The position numbers and the translations under genes are program-made. The notes under the pieces were generated by a model, which made no database searches, had not been told where the DNA came from, and saw only the letters and a list, made by a program, of their open reading frames with translations. From positions 72,215 to 136,214 of the forward strand of contig CAVVZQ010000007.1 in assembly GCA_963752715.1 (NCBI GenBank): DNA of 64,000 bases. Direction: 5' to 3'. Below are positions 26,591 to 36,978 of this stretch, piece after piece. Positions within the stretch are counted from its first letter, which is position 1, and each line of letters starts with the position of its first letter. The DNA is from an uncultured Actinomycetota bacterium. Lineage in GTDB: Bacteria; Actinomycetota; Actinomycetes; Mycobacteriales; CAVVZQ01.

Positions 26591-28129
26591 TCACCCTCGT
26601 TCCACGGTGACCTGGTGCTTCGTACCCTTCAGAGTCACGGCGTAGGTGATCGGGCCCGTGACGGGCCCCTTCCCCGGTGGCTGCGACCCGCCGGCGGCGG
26701 TCACCTCGGCAGGATCGAGGCCGAGGTTGCGCGGGCCCTCCGTGCGCGTGGTGAAGAACGCGGGGGCGACCTTCGGGAACATCGCGTACGTCAGCACATC
26801 CTCGTCGCTGCCGTCGGCGCCTTCCAGGGCGTTCGCCTCCTCGCTCAGCCGCTGCCACTCGGGCTGCAGCAGGTCCGCGGGGCGAACGTCGATCGGCTCC
26901 TTGTTCGTCTGCGCACGCGCGGCCTCCACGATCCCGGGATCACGCTCGCCGAGCGTCGCCCCGTAGTAGCCGAGCATGAGATCCGCGAACTCCGCGGTAA
27001 GCACCTTGTAGCGGCCCATGAGCACGTTGAACACCGCCTGCGTCCCCACGATCTGCGACGACGGCGTGACCAGCGGCGGGTATCCGGCGGCCGCGCGGAC
27101 CCGCGGCACCTCGGCGAGCACCTCCTTCAGCCGGTCGCCGGCCCCCTGCTGGCGCAGCTGGCTCTCCATGTTCGTGATCATTCCACCGGGGATCTGGCTG
27201 TCGAAGATCTCCGTCTCGACGCCCGTGATGCCGGAGGAGAACTGGGCGTACCGGGGACGGACCTGAGCGAAGTGGTCCTTGATCCGTTCCAACCGCTCGG
27301 CGTCCAGAGCGGTCGTGTACGGGGTTCCCTCCAGCATGGCAACCAGGGACTCGGTCGGGTTGTGCCCCGGCCCCAGGGACAGCGACGAGATCGCGGTGTC
27401 GACCACGTCCGCCCCCGCCTCGATCGCCTTCATCAGGCTGACCAGCGTGACTCCGGTGGTCGCGTGGCAGTGCACGTGGACTCGGACATTCTGGCCGAGG
27501 TCGTCCTTGATCGCCTTGACGATGTCGTAGGCGGGCTGCGGCCGCAGCAGTGCGGCCATGTCCTTCAGGCACAGTGAGTCGCAGCCCAGGTCCATCAGGT
27601 CGCGAGCCATCTGCACGTACCCCTCGACCGTGTGCAGCGGGCTCTCCGTGTAGCAGATCGTGCCCTGCGCGTGCTTGTCGACGCGGCGGACCGCCTCGAT
27701 GGCGCGGCGGACGTTGCGCACGTCGTTGAGGGCGTCGAAGACCCGGAAGACGTCCATGCCGTTCTCGGCGGACTTCTCCACGAACCGGTCCACGACGCCG
27801 TCCTCGTAGTGCCGGTAGCCCAGCAGGTTCTGCCCGCGCAGCAGCATCTGCAGGCGGCTGTTGGGCATCAGCTCGCGGAAGGTGCGCAGCCGCTCCCAGG
27901 GGTCCTCGTTGAGGAACCGGATGCAGGCGTCGTAGGTCGCCCCGCCCCAGCACTCCACCGACCAGTAGCCGGCGGCGTCGATGTCGGCGCAGGCACCGAC
28001 CATGTCCTCCAGGGCCATCCGGGTGGCCATCAGACTCTGGTGGGCGTCCCGCAGGACCAGTTCCGTGACCCCGACCTCGCGGCGGGCGGGCGCCGCCGCC
28101 GGCGGACGGATTTCCGAAGCACCGCTCAT
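26591..28129 (-). CDS. Pyruvate/oxaloacetate carboxyltransferase (5S / OadA-type)
   Basis: 'LRDAHQSL.ATRM' and 'VHVHCHATTG'. The start is taken at 'MSGASEIR'. Confidence 0.85.
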   Translation of the reverse strand: MSGASEIRPPAAAPARREVGVTELVLRDAHQSLMATRMALEDMVGACADIDAAGYWSVECWGGATYDACIRFLNEDPWERLRTFRELMPNSRLQMLLRGQNLLGYRHYEDGVVDRFVEKSAENGMDVFRVFDALNDVRNVRRAIEAVRRVDKHAQGTICYTESPLHTVEGYVQMARDLMDLGCDSLCLKDMAALLRPQPAYDIVKAIKDDLGQNVRVHVHCHATTGVTLVSLMKAIEAGADVVDTAISSLSLGPGHNPTESLVAMLEGTPYTTALDAERLERIKDHFAQVRPRYAQFSSGITGVETEIFDSQIPGGMITNMESQLRQQGAGDRLKEVLAEVPRVRAAAGYPPLVTPSSQIVGTQAVFNVLMGRYKVLTAEFADLMLGYYGATLGERDPGIVEAARAQTNKEPIDVRPADLLQPEWQRLSEEANALEGADGSDEDVLTYAMFPKVAPAFFTTRTEGPRNLGLDPAEVTAAGGSQPPGKGPVTGPITYAVTLKGTKHQVTVERG

Positions 28130-28299
28130 AGGTGCGATTCTGGCACCCTCGGCCACCGCGCGAGGTCTACCGGCGCCTGATGCAGCCGATCGCAACGCAT
28201 CGCCTCCAGTCATCGGTGTTCTCGACGGCGCCGGTGCCACCTCGCGCTACCCCGCACCCACCTGCGGCCGAGCTGGGCGGGCCAGCCACAATCCTAGGC

Positions 28300-28776
28300 A
28301 TGCTGGAACAGGACACCACCATCCCGGGTACCGCGGTCGTGAGGTCGGGGCCGTGGGACATGGATCAGGTCGCGGAATTCCTGCTCGCCTCGGTGATTCC
28401 GATCCGCCTCGCCACGTCGGGCCTGCACGGGCCGCTGGTGCAGTCGCTGTGGTTCGAGTGGGACCGGGGAGCGTTGTGGTGTGCCACCCAGCAGGACGCA
28501 GTGGTCGCGCGTCGGCTCGAGGCCAACCCGGTATGCGGGTTCGAGGTCGCGGCGGACCGCCCACCGTACCGGGGCGTACGCGGCCAGGCCCGGGCCGGCA
28601 TCCTGCCCGCCGAGGCCCCCACAGTGCTCCCTCGTCTCCTCGACCGGTATCTGGCAGCGGGCTATCCTCAGCTGCGCCGCTGGTTGGAGTCGCGACTGAG
28701 CACCGAGGTAGCGCTCAGGCTGGAGCTCCTCAGCGTGTCCTCGTGGGACTACTCGCCACGCATGGCCCCGGCATGA
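28300..28776 (+). CDS. Pyridoxamine 5'-phosphate oxidase-family protein
   Basis: The split-barrel pattern '...IRLATSG..GPLVQSLWFEWD.GALW...' is seen. The ATG is at 28300. Confidence 0.65.
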   Translation: MLEQDTTIPGTAVVRSGPWDMDQVAEFLLASVIPIRLATSGLHGPLVQSLWFEWDRGALWCATQQDAVVARRLEANPVCGFEVAADRPPYRGVRGQARAGILPAEAPTVLPRLLDRYLAAGYPQLRRWLESRLSTEVALRLELLSVSSWDYSPRMAPA

Positions 28777-28949
28777 GTCGGCCATGACGTGAGCTGACTC
28801 CCAGCGAGGTCGGTCGGCAGGTCGGTGCGGACCATCGCCACCTCGTCGGACGGCTCTGCTTCCCCGGCAATGCAGGTCCTTGGTCCCCTGGCTGCGACCC
28901 GGGCCCGCCGTACGCTCGAGACGGGACAGCGGCAAGGCGGTGATGGGCC

Positions 28950-30278
28950 GTGAGCGCGGATCGTACGATCCGCCGGGACCGGGTGCTGGACCTGGTCAAG
29001 ACCAGCGCCCTGCTCGTCGTCGTGGTCGGGCACAGCCTGGCCTGGGACCTGACGGACGGCGAGCCCGGCTCAGTGCTCCAGGCGCGCCCCAGCCTGGGCG
29101 TGGTGACGTGGCTGTTCCAGTTGCTGCCGCTGTTCTTCGCCGCCGGCGCGGTCACCAACCTCGCCTGCTGGCACCGCTACCGGGACGGGTCGGATCCCCA
29201 CCCCGCACGGGCCTATCAGCAGCACCGGCTGGTACGGCTGGCCACACCCGCCGTCGTCTACTCCCTGGTCTGGACCTCGGTGGGCCTGGTCGCCGCGGCC
29301 GGCTCCGACGAGGCGACCGCGGTCGGGAAGTTCCTGTCGCAGCTGACCTGGTTCCTCGGCGTGTACACCCTCGTCGTGATCGCTGTGCCGCTGTCGGCCC
29401 GCGGGGCGGAACGACCGTGGCCGACGCTGGGCGTGGGTCTCGCCCTGATCCTCAGCGTGGACCTGCTGCGCTGGCAGGTCGTCGCGACAGCCGGTTGGGT
29501 GAACTTCGTCCTGGTGTGGGGATGGCTGCACCAGCTCGGCTACCACCTGCCTGGACTGCGCCAGGTGGGTCGGTGGCGGTTGCTCGGCGCGGCGGCGGCC
29601 GCCTTCGGCACCGCCGTGCTGCTGACCGTCCTCGGGCCGTACGCCCCGACCATGGTGTCGGTGACCGGCGAGGAGAAGATGTCCAACCTGTCTCCACCGA
29701 CCGTCGTGCTGGCGCTGGTGGGACTGGCACAGGTGCTGGTGCTGGCCGCGGCATGGTCGGCGCTGGCCCGCGTCATGCAGCGCGCGCGGTGGTGGTGGGC
29801 CGTCGCGGCCGTTGGCTCGCGGTCCATCGGCATCTACCTGTGGCACATCCCGCTGGTCGGCCTGGTCGCAGTTGCGGCCTGGTGGGCACCGTGGCAGCTG
29901 CCGGCGCTGTCGTGGGCGTGGTGGCTCGCGCACGTGCTCGGGCTGGCAGGGGTGTTCCTGGTGGTGTGGCCGCTGGCAGGGCTGGCAGGGGACGTGGACC
30001 GCGCCTGGGAGCGGTGGGGCTCCCGTCTCCGGCCGCGGGTGGGAACCACGCTGGCGGTGGCCGCGGTGCCCCTGGTCATCCTGAATGCGTCGGTTACCGG
30101 CTACGCCACGTGGTGGGGGCCGGGTCTGTTCGGGCTGCCCTCCTCCAGCCTGCTCAACATGCTGCTGCTGCTCGTCGCCTGGCGAGTGGTCGTCGCCCAG
30201 CCGCCCGCTTCGCTCGCCGTACCTGTGAACCACCGCTGGGGCCGGAGTCCCCTGGTTCCCGGCCACCCTGCGTGCTAG
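28950..30278 (+). CDS. Acyltransferase-3 family integral membrane protein
   Basis: 'RVLDLVKTSALLVVVVGHS' and about 10 predicted TM helices. Confidence 0.75.
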   Translation: MSADRTIRRDRVLDLVKTSALLVVVVGHSLAWDLTDGEPGSVLQARPSLGVVTWLFQLLPLFFAAGAVTNLACWHRYRDGSDPHPARAYQQHRLVRLATPAVVYSLVWTSVGLVAAAGSDEATAVGKFLSQLTWFLGVYTLVVIAVPLSARGAERPWPTLGVGLALILSVDLLRWQVVATAGWVNFVLVWGWLHQLGYHLPGLRQVGRWRLLGAAAAAFGTAVLLTVLGPYAPTMVSVTGEEKMSNLSPPTVVLALVGLAQVLVLAAAWSALARVMQRARWWWAVAAVGSRSIGIYLWHIPLVGLVAVAAWWAPWQLPALSWAWWLAHVLGLAGVFLVVWPLAGLAGDVDRAWERWGSRLRPRVGTTLAVAAVPLVILNASVTGYATWWGPGLFGLPSSSLLNMLLLLVAWRVVVAQPPASLAVPVNHRWGRSPLVPGHPAC

Positions 30279-30476
30279 CGGACCGAGCTGGTCATCGCGT
30301 GTCCGAACGGTCTCAGCCTGGCCGTTCCCCCCGTTGCGGCGAACACCGCCGCACAGTGCTGGACGCTCCCTGGACCGCCGGCGTCGCTCGACCAGGATGC
30401 ATCGAAGTGCCTCGCTCCCGGGTAGCTGCCGAACACCGCGGCGTGTCCACCCGCGGCTGACTTCCGAAGGTCCCGG

Positions 30477-31757
30477 CTACGGCGCTTCCGGGGTTTCGCC
30501 GCGTGCCCCAAGACCGAACTCGGGGGCCCCGACCAGCACTGCCATGTTGCCGTGCGGGTGCTTGTTCTCGTACATGAGCTGGTGCACGAGGGGGATCTCG
30601 TCGTAGGAGTACGCCTGGGACAGGCACGGGTCCAGGCGGCCCTGCAGCGCCAGCTCGTTCATCTCGTTGGCCTGCACGTCGTTGGCGAAGTGCGAGCCCT
30701 GCAGGCGCTTCTGCCGCATCCACAGGTAGCGCAGGTCGACGGTGGCGTTGAACCCGGTGGTTCCGGCGCAGATCACCACCATGCCGCCGGTCTCGCAGAC
30801 GAACGTCGAGGTGGGGATGGTGTTCTCGCCCGGGTGCTCGAAGACGATGTTCGGAGCGCGCTTCTCGCCGAGGATGTCCCAGATCGCCTTGCCGAACGAG
30901 CGTGCGCCCTTGGCCCACTCGCCGTAGGCCTCGGTGTCCTTCCAGTGCGGGAGCATCCCCCAGTGGTCGAAGTCGTTGCGGTTGATGCAGCCCTTGGCGC
31001 CAAGGTTCATGCAGTAGTCGAACTTGTCCTCGCCGGAGACGACCGCGATCGGGGTCGCGCCCGCCTCTTTGGCGATCTGGATGGCCATGGAGCCCAGGCC
31101 GCCGGCACCGCCCCAGACCAGGACGACGTCACCCTCCTTGACGGCGTTCTCGCCCCAGCCGTGCAGCATGCGCCACGCGGTGGCGCCGACCAGCGTGTAG
31201 GCCGAGGCCTCCTCCCAGGTCATGTGCGCGGGCTTGGGCATGCACTGCTGCCCCTGCACCTTGGCGAACTGCGCGAAGCTGCCCCAGTTGCTCTCGTACG
31301 CCCAGATCCGGAAGGTCGAGGAGTACATCGGGTCGCCACCGTTGAGCACCCATGGGTCGTTGCGGTCCCAGCGTCCGCAGTGCATGACGACCTCGTCGCC
31401 CACCTTGACGTTGGTGACGTCCCTGCCGACCTTGTAGACGATGCCGGAGGCGTCGCTGCCGCCGATGTGGAACGGTTCGGGCTCACCCAGTCCGCCCCGG
31501 GCGAGCGCCTTGTTACGGGCGCCGATGACGTCGACTGGGACACCCAGACCGGCCCAGACGTTGTTGTAGTTGATCCCGGCCGCCATCACGTAGACGAGCA
31601 CCTCGTCGTCGGCGATCTCAGGGACGTCGACGATCTCCTTCTGGAACGCCTGCTTGGGTGGCCCGAACCGCTCGGGGCGGATCAGCCACGCATGCATCTG
31701 CTCGGGCACCTCGCCCAACGGCGGCATCTCGTGCAGGTCGTACAAGGCCTTGGCCAT
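30477..31757 (-). CDS. ccr: Crotonyl-CoA carboxylase/reductase
   Basis: '[27 protein letters not shown]...[14 protein letters not shown]...'. Zn-independent MDR fold of Ccr type. Confidence 0.85.
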   Translation of the reverse strand: MAKALYDLHEMPPLGEVPEQMHAWLIRPERFGPPKQAFQKEIVDVPEIADDEVLVYVMAAGINYNNVWAGLGVPVDVIGARNKALARGGLGEPEPFHIGGSDASGIVYKVGRDVTNVKVGDEVVMHCGRWDRNDPWVLNGGDPMYSSTFRIWAYESNWGSFAQFAKVQGQQCMPKPAHMTWEEASAYTLVGATAWRMLHGWGENAVKEGDVVLVWGGAGGLGSMAIQIAKEAGATPIAVVSGEDKFDYCMNLGAKGCINRNDFDHWGMLPHWKDTEAYGEWAKGARSFGKAIWDILGEKRAPNIVFEHPGENTIPTSTFVCETGGMVVICAGTTGFNATVDLRYLWMRQKRLQGSHFANDVQANEMNELALQGRLDPCLSQAYSYDEIPLVHQLMYENKHPHGNMAVLVGAPEFGLGARGETPEAP

Positions 31758-32031
31758 CGCGGCGTCCTCTCGGTGACAGTCTCGGCGGGGGACAGCCTCT
31801 GATCGTTCCGCTGGGCCGCGGTCCCTCCCCCGCGCGCGGCTACCGCTCATGCTCCCCGCGACCCGCGGCAACTACAAGATACGTGGGTGCGAGATTCACC
31901 ACCTGCCCGATGCCGATCTCCAGCGGCGCATGGCGAGGACCGCGCGTCCTCCCACCAGCCGACGAGAATCGCCATTCGCAGCGCCGACCCGTCTCGCCCT
32001 TGCCGGCGCTCCCACCGCGTACCGTCGGGGC

Positions 32032-32565
32032 ATGACCGAAGGCACTTTCCTCCGACTGCTCAACGAGCAGGTCGGGCACGAGTTCCACGCGTCCCAGCAG
32101 TACATCGCCATCGCTGTCTACTTCGATGGTGAGGCACTTCCGCAGCTGGCGGCTCACTTCTACGCGCAGTCGGTGGAGGAGCGCAATCACGCGATGATGC
32201 TGGTGCAGTACCTTATCGATGCAGACGCTCGGGTCGAGATTCCGGGGACCGGAGAGGTCGTCACGTCTTTCGACGCCTACGTCGAACCCGTCGCCCTGGC
32301 GCTGGCCCAGGAGCGGCAGGTCACCGAGCAGATCAAGGCACTGGTCCGCGCCGCGCGCGAGGAGGGGGACCTGCTCGGCGAGCAGTTCCTCCAGTGGTTC
32401 CTCAAGGAGCAGGTGGAGGAGGTCGCGACGGTGTCCACGCTGCTGCGGGTCATGGAGCACGCCGGCGACGCCATTCTGCAGGTCGAGGAGTTCCTCAGCC
32501 GTCAGCCACGCGGTGCTGGCGGGCCCGACCCGACGGCGCCTTCAGCAGCCGGCGGCGCTCTCTAG
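32032..32565 (+). CDS. Ferritin (non-haem, BfrB-like)
   Basis: 'LNEQVGHEFHASQQYIAIAVYF...SVEERNHAMMLVQY'. Confidence 0.85.
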   Translation: MTEGTFLRLLNEQVGHEFHASQQYIAIAVYFDGEALPQLAAHFYAQSVEERNHAMMLVQYLIDADARVEIPGTGEVVTSFDAYVEPVALALAQERQVTEQIKALVRAAREEGDLLGEQFLQWFLKEQVEEVATVSTLLRVMEHAGDAILQVEEFLSRQPRGAGGPDPTAPSAAGGAL

Positions 32566-32904
32566 CTACCGCGGCACACCAGCGGACAGCGTCACGATTT
32601 CGCGGGCGCAACGGCACGACCTTCGGCACTAGCGCCCGGCGACCGACGGCGGTAGGAATCCAGTCGCAGGGCTGCAGGCGGTGGTCCGGCCTACCGGTGC
32701 GTTCTGCCGGCGGGCCCTCGGGTAGTAGCTAGGTGGAGGCGGGTATGCGGAGACGCACCAGGGCTGCGCTACTCGCCGGCGGGACAGTGGCCGTCGGCGC
32801 GGCCTGGCTACTCGGTCGGCCAGAGGGCGCGGGCGGGAAACGCGGTGCCAGATGAGGGTGCGATCTTCACAGCCTTCGCGCCGGGCGGGCCGCAAGGGTT
32901 CTGG

Positions 32905-33132
32905 TGCAAACCGCGCGGCGGTGAACGCGCCTACCAGTCCAGCGCCACCCTCGTCGTAGGCCACGACGAGCAGCGCCACCAACGCCAGCGACTCGGCAAG
33001 GACGGACACCATCCAGGCCAGCAGCAGGCTACGCGCGCCGGGCAGCCGCACTGCCGCAACGACCGGGTGCCGTAGGTGACCGTTCCTCGGTCCCGAGGGT
33101 GCTTGATCCGTGCCCTCCGCGACATCACTCAT
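32905..33132 (-). pseudogene. MFS transporter N-terminal fragment
   Basis: Only the first two TM helices are present ('SLLLAWMVSVLAESLALVALLVVAYDEGGAGLVGAFTAARF'). Confidence 0.45.
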
Positions 33133-33340
33133 GCTCCCGTGCCGTCCTCGCTGATCGGGTCGGAGCCCACCCTCATGGCAGCGAAGCAACGAAACATCCG
33201 TGGAAACACGGAAGTCCACACCCGCAGAACCACGGAAGAATTCGGCTACGTGGGAGGCACTCTGGTCCGGAAGGACTCGGCGGCTACGACCCGACCGCCG
33301 ACGACCTGCCCCTGCACCGGAGCACCTCGAGGGAGGCGTG

Positions 33341-34753
33341 ATGACCACGCACCGGATGGACGGCTACGACGCGCTGCTATGGGCGATCGAAGGCCATCCG
33401 CTGCTGGGGTCCGGCATCGTCGGCGTCGTCCTGCTGGACGGCGCGCCCGACCATTCGGCTCTCGAGCAGCGCGTGACGGAGATGTCGCACGGCATCGTGC
33501 AACTGCGCTCCACGGCTGCGGCACGGCCGCACCCGCTCGCGCCCGCTCGCTGGCACCAACGGGACGACGTTGAGACTGCGCACCACATCAGCCGCGGCAG
33601 CGCACAGTCGCGTCCAGGCGAGCTCACCGCGCACGTTGCCACCCTGTCCGACGAACCGTACGTAGCGGGCGCCCCGCTGTGGCACCTGCACATCCTCACC
33701 GACCTGCCCGACGGACGCACCGCCCTGCTAGCCCGGCTGCACCACTCGATCACCGACGGCATGGGCGCAATGACCATGGCCGCCAGCTTCTTCGACGCCG
33801 ACCCGGACGGAACACGACTGGCCCCCACTCCCACCCCTCCCCCCACACGTACCCAGCAAGCCGCCGGTCGGACACGGACCCTGGCGTCCGCCCTCGCCGA
33901 AGACATCACGGCCGGTACCAGCCTCGCCCGAGGGCTGCTGTCCTCGCTGCCGCAGACCCTCTCCGCCGCGGTCCGCCACCCCCAGCAGCACTCCCGTGAC
34001 ACGGCCGCCCTGGCGTCTTCCTTCCTCCGGCTGACCGCGCCCGCCACCAGGCCCCTGAGCCCCGCCCTCACCGGCAGAAGCGGGCGGTCCACAGTCACCC
34101 ACCTCGACGTGCCTCTCGAAGGTCTGCGTCGCTCCGCGCACGCCGCCCACGGGCGGATCAACGACGCGTACCTGACCGGAGTGCTCCGAGGCCTGCAGCG
34201 CTACCACACCGCCGGCGGCCACCCGCTGGATGCGCTCCGGATGAGCATGCCGGTCAACTACCGGCATGCCGACGACACCCGATCGGGCGGCAACCACTTC
34301 ACCCCGGTCCGCCTCACCGTCCCCACCACACAGCACCACCCAGCTGCGCTGCTGTGCGAGGTGAGGGAGCACCTCCACCGCGCCCGGAGCGAACCGGCGC
34401 TGCGCGCAACCCCGCTCGTCGCCGAGGCCCTGGCCCGGCTACCCGTACGGCTGACCCAGGCCGCGATCGCCAGCATGTTCACCACCACCGACATCAGCGC
34501 CAGCAACCTCCCCGGACCGCCGATGCCGCTCTGGTGCGCCGGCCGCCGCGTGGAGGCGATCTACGCCGCACCACCATTGGGCGGGACCGCCGTGAGCTCG
34601 GCGCTGATCAGCTACCAGGGCACCGCCCACATCATGGTCAACATGGACACCACCGCCGTCACCGAACCCGACCTGCTCGCCGACTGCCTTCGCGACGGCT
34701 TCGACGAGGTCCTGAACCTCACCGACACCACGCAGCACACGTCCCGGCCCTGA
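33341..34753 (+). CDS. Wax ester synthase/diacylglycerol acyltransferase (WS/DGAT)
   Basis: Catalytic 'HHSITDG' (HHxxxDG). About 470 aa. Confidence 0.85.
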   Translation: MTTHRMDGYDALLWAIEGHPLLGSGIVGVVLLDGAPDHSALEQRVTEMSHGIVQLRSTAAARPHPLAPARWHQRDDVETAHHISRGSAQSRPGELTAHVATLSDEPYVAGAPLWHLHILTDLPDGRTALLARLHHSITDGMGAMTMAASFFDADPDGTRLAPTPTPPPTRTQQAAGRTRTLASALAEDITAGTSLARGLLSSLPQTLSAAVRHPQQHSRDTAALASSFLRLTAPATRPLSPALTGRSGRSTVTHLDVPLEGLRRSAHAAHGRINDAYLTGVLRGLQRYHTAGGHPLDALRMSMPVNYRHADDTRSGGNHFTPVRLTVPTTQHHPAALLCEVREHLHRARSEPALRATPLVAEALARLPVRLTQAAIASMFTTTDISASNLPGPPMPLWCAGRRVEAIYAAPPLGGTAVSSALISYQGTAHIMVNMDTTAVTEPDLLADCLRDGFDEVLNLTDTTQHTSRP

Positions 34754-34774
34754 CCCCCGAATCCCGCGAAGATC

Positions 34775-34870
34775 TCGCCGACTCACCCCTTCCCCGGGGT
34801 CGCGCTCTCGCCCCGCTCGCGCGTCAACCTCGCCAGAGCAGCCCTCAGGTCAGCGACGCCCCTCCCGGGC
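34775..34870 (+). pseudogene. LuxR-type HTH 3'-terminal remnant
   Basis: 34821-34846 'cgcgtcaacctcgccagagcagccct' matches 42610-42635 with one mismatch (encodes 'RVNLARAAL'). Confidence 0.45.
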
Positions 34871-34991
34871 GGACGAATCCCCCGAGCGATTGACCCGCAC
34901 TTCACCGCACAACCCATGTGCCCCGTAGTCACCGAGTTGCGTTCCCCCGCGACCTGCAGCGGGGCATGCCATTCGCCGCGTGACAGTCCAG

Positions 34992-35023
34992 GGGGCGTCC
35001 TCCCATCGCCGGGAGGACGCCCC
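34992..35023. other. Perfect 13-bp-stem hairpin
   Basis: 'ggggcgtcctccc-atcgcc-gggaggacgcccc'. Confidence 0.8.
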
Positions 35024-35196
35024 TCAGGGCCTTCTTCGTGTTCACCAGTTGCGCCCGTTCTGGGACCCCTGTCTTCTTCTCTGGAAGATCGACGTAACAG
35101 CGTCCACGACGGCGGTGGATGAACCCCAGCGCGTGGGGAGGAGCCATCAGTGGTTTGCGATGCCGACGAGCATGGCGGCGGGTGTTGCCCACGACC

Positions 35197-35988
35197 CTAG
35201 GCGCGTCGGGCGGTGATCGTCACTTCGCTTTCTGGTGTGATCATGCTGCCCGGAGCGGGCGTGATCTCTTCAACCACCTGGCTGCCTGCTCGTTGAGCTC
35301 CACGCACCAGGACCAAGGGCTCGGCGGAATGCCCCGCGTCCCGAAGCTGGCACAGGGCTTCGCTCAGCCCCAAACCGACTACGTCTGGGACAGCGACCGT
35401 TGCACCAGTCGCGACCCGCAGGAGGACTCGTGCCTTGCCGGTCACTGGTGTTCCTGCAGCAGGCTCTTGCGACAGGACTGTTCCTGCGCGAACCGGACTG
35501 TCTTCCGCGAGCCTGTGGGCCTCCATCTCAACGTCCGAGAGGCTCTGACGTGCGTACCGGTATGGCATACCCACTACGTCCGGCACTGGCCGTGGCTCTC
35601 GAAGGCGGCGCGCGACCCAACGGTCTTCGGCGGGTGGCAGTTCCTCGGACAGCCGCAACGCGGCCCGGCGGACGTCGAGTGCTCCCTGACCATCGACGCC
35701 AAGTCTGTCCATCAGTTCCTGAAGAGACATCCGTAGCAGGTCGGCCCGCGTCAGGTCGGGGTGCCCTTCCGAGATCCTGGCGGCGACGGCATCGTCGAGT
35801 CCTTCGATCGCAGTTGCTGGGGTGTTGTCCGGGTGCCCAGCTTCATTGATACGGCGGGCCACACCCTCAGCCTGGAACTGCGTCTCGTGCCATTCAAGCG
35901 GGCGAGGGTAGCGCTGCGGCGAGACGGATCCCACGTAGAGAGAGTCCCGTATGGCTTCAGCCCATCGCGTCGCATCCGCGATCGTCAT
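35197..35988 (-). CDS. Hypothetical protein D: novel N-terminal domain plus two C-terminal PASTA-like repeats, no signal peptide or TM
   Basis: 'PVPDVVGMPYRYARQSL...AGTVLSQEPAAGTPVTGKARVLLRVATG' and 'VAVPDVVGLGLSEALCQLRDAG...GSQVVEEITPAPGSMITPESEVTITA'. Confidence 0.65.
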   Translation of the reverse strand: MTIADATRWAEAIRDSLYVGSVSPQRYPRPLEWHETQFQAEGVARRINEAGHPDNTPATAIEGLDDAVAARISEGHPDLTRADLLRMSLQELMDRLGVDGQGALDVRRAALRLSEELPPAEDRWVARRLREPRPVPDVVGMPYRYARQSLSDVEMEAHRLAEDSPVRAGTVLSQEPAAGTPVTGKARVLLRVATGATVAVPDVVGLGLSEALCQLRDAGHSAEPLVLVRGAQRAGSQVVEEITPAPGSMITPESEVTITARRA

Positions 35989-36010
35989 CGAATCGCCAAG
36001 GGCCGGCAGG

Positions 36011-36655
36011 TCAACAGTCCCCGCAACGTCGAGCTTCGTGAACGATACCGGGGCCTTCCGTCGCGTTGACCGAAGGCCCGACCTCGGCTGGCGAGCAGCA
36101 GCACAAGCCCGTCTCGTGGAGCAACAAGGACGTGGGTACTCGGTCAGCCTTCCGCTTCCGCACGAAGAAGTCGATCTTGACTGAGGCATCGGGGAAGACC
36201 GCGGCCCACTCGTCCATGCCGACGTGACCGGCCTTCCAAAGGTTCCAGAGGTAGCTGGCGTCGACCGCTTTGATCCGGAGTTCGATCCGCGCCTCGTTCT
36301 TCGCGGGGTCGACACTAACGGTGACCGTCACCGCATCCTGGACAGGCCAGTCGGCGACGATTCCTGCGAACTTGACGTGATAGGGGCCTCCGACACGGTC
36401 CAGGTCGAACTCCCACCCAGGTTCAGGGGTGTGGACGAACGACTCCTGGTGGACGATGCTCTCCCTGGCATAGGTTTCTGCTGGATGCGGCTTCTTTCCG
36501 ACCCATTCTTTTTTCCACGGGTACTCGAATCTGTGTTCTGGATAATCATCCGACTGGTAGTCCCGCCGCCACTGTTGTGCCTTGTCGGGACGCCCGAGCT
36601 CGGTTGCTACGTACGCGCTCTCGAGCGTCGCCTTGACACAGAATTGTCCATCCAT
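36011..36655 (-). CDS. Hypothetical protein C (no recognised family)
   Basis: Protein-like composition ('YPWKKEWVGKKPHPAETYARESIVHQESFVHTPEPGWEFDLDRVGGPYHVKF...'). Lower GC than its surroundings. Confidence 0.55.
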   Translation of the reverse strand: MDGQFCVKATLESAYVATELGRPDKAQQWRRDYQSDDYPEHRFEYPWKKEWVGKKPHPAETYARESIVHQESFVHTPEPGWEFDLDRVGGPYHVKFAGIVADWPVQDAVTVTVSVDPAKNEARIELRIKAVDASYLWNLWKAGHVGMDEWAAVFPDASVKIDFFVRKRKADRVPTSLLLHETGLCCCSPAEVGPSVNATEGPGIVHEARRCGDC

Positions 36656-36978
36656 GCTGGACGGGCCACGACCAGCATGAAGTCCTGCACCCCCTCGAGC
36701 TCTCGTGGTCCGTTCACCAGCGTGGGTAGTCCCTGAACGACATGGGGTCGGGGCGACATCAGGAACAGGACGCGGTTGGTTCCTGTGTGGAAACTGGCGA
36801 GTTGATGGTGGAGCTGTGTGAGTTCTGTCGCGTGGGAGTACTCCTCACGCTTCTCAGCACTCGAGTCGGTCGTCTGCAGCGTCGACCTCGCCTGCTGGTT
36901 CACCCTCACCGTTCGGTCGTCCCCACCCAGCATCTGCCCAAGCTTCCGTACCCAGGGCTCCGCCAGCAGCACCACCAA
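36607..36978 (-). CDS. Hypothetical protein B (no recognised family)
   Basis: The frame opens after a TAG. 'GGGGAG' precedes TTG/GTG/GTG starts at 36978/36975/36972. GC3 is higher than in the overlapping tail of ORF A. Confidence 0.45.
   Translation of the reverse strand: MVVLLAEPWVRKLGQMLGGDDRTVRVNQQARSTLQTTDSSAEKREEYSHATELTQLHHQLASFHTGTNRVLFLMSPRPHVVQGLPTLVNGPRELEGVQDFMLVVARPAWMDNSVSRRRSRART

Noticed and set aside
31872-32031. IdeR/iron-box operator upstream of ferritin
   Set aside because: I could not find a sequence resembling the TTAGGTTAGGCTAACCTAA-type consensus by eye.
10118-33132. The MFS tail (10118-10483) and MFS head (32905-33132) being halves of one gene separated by a rearrangement
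   Set aside because: Together they cover only about half of a transporter. There is no overlapping sequence or junction signature to link them.
35170-35195. Possible attL: 'cccacgacc' shared with the tRNA-Met 3' region
   Set aside because: Only 9 contiguous identical nt are shared. A match of that length is expected by chance roughly once in a window of this size, and the flanks do not align.
36404-36425. tRNA T-arm-like sequence 'gtcgaactcccaccc' as a candidate att remnant
   Set aside because: The match is imperfect, inverted relative to the tRNA gene, and lies inside the coding-like ORF C.
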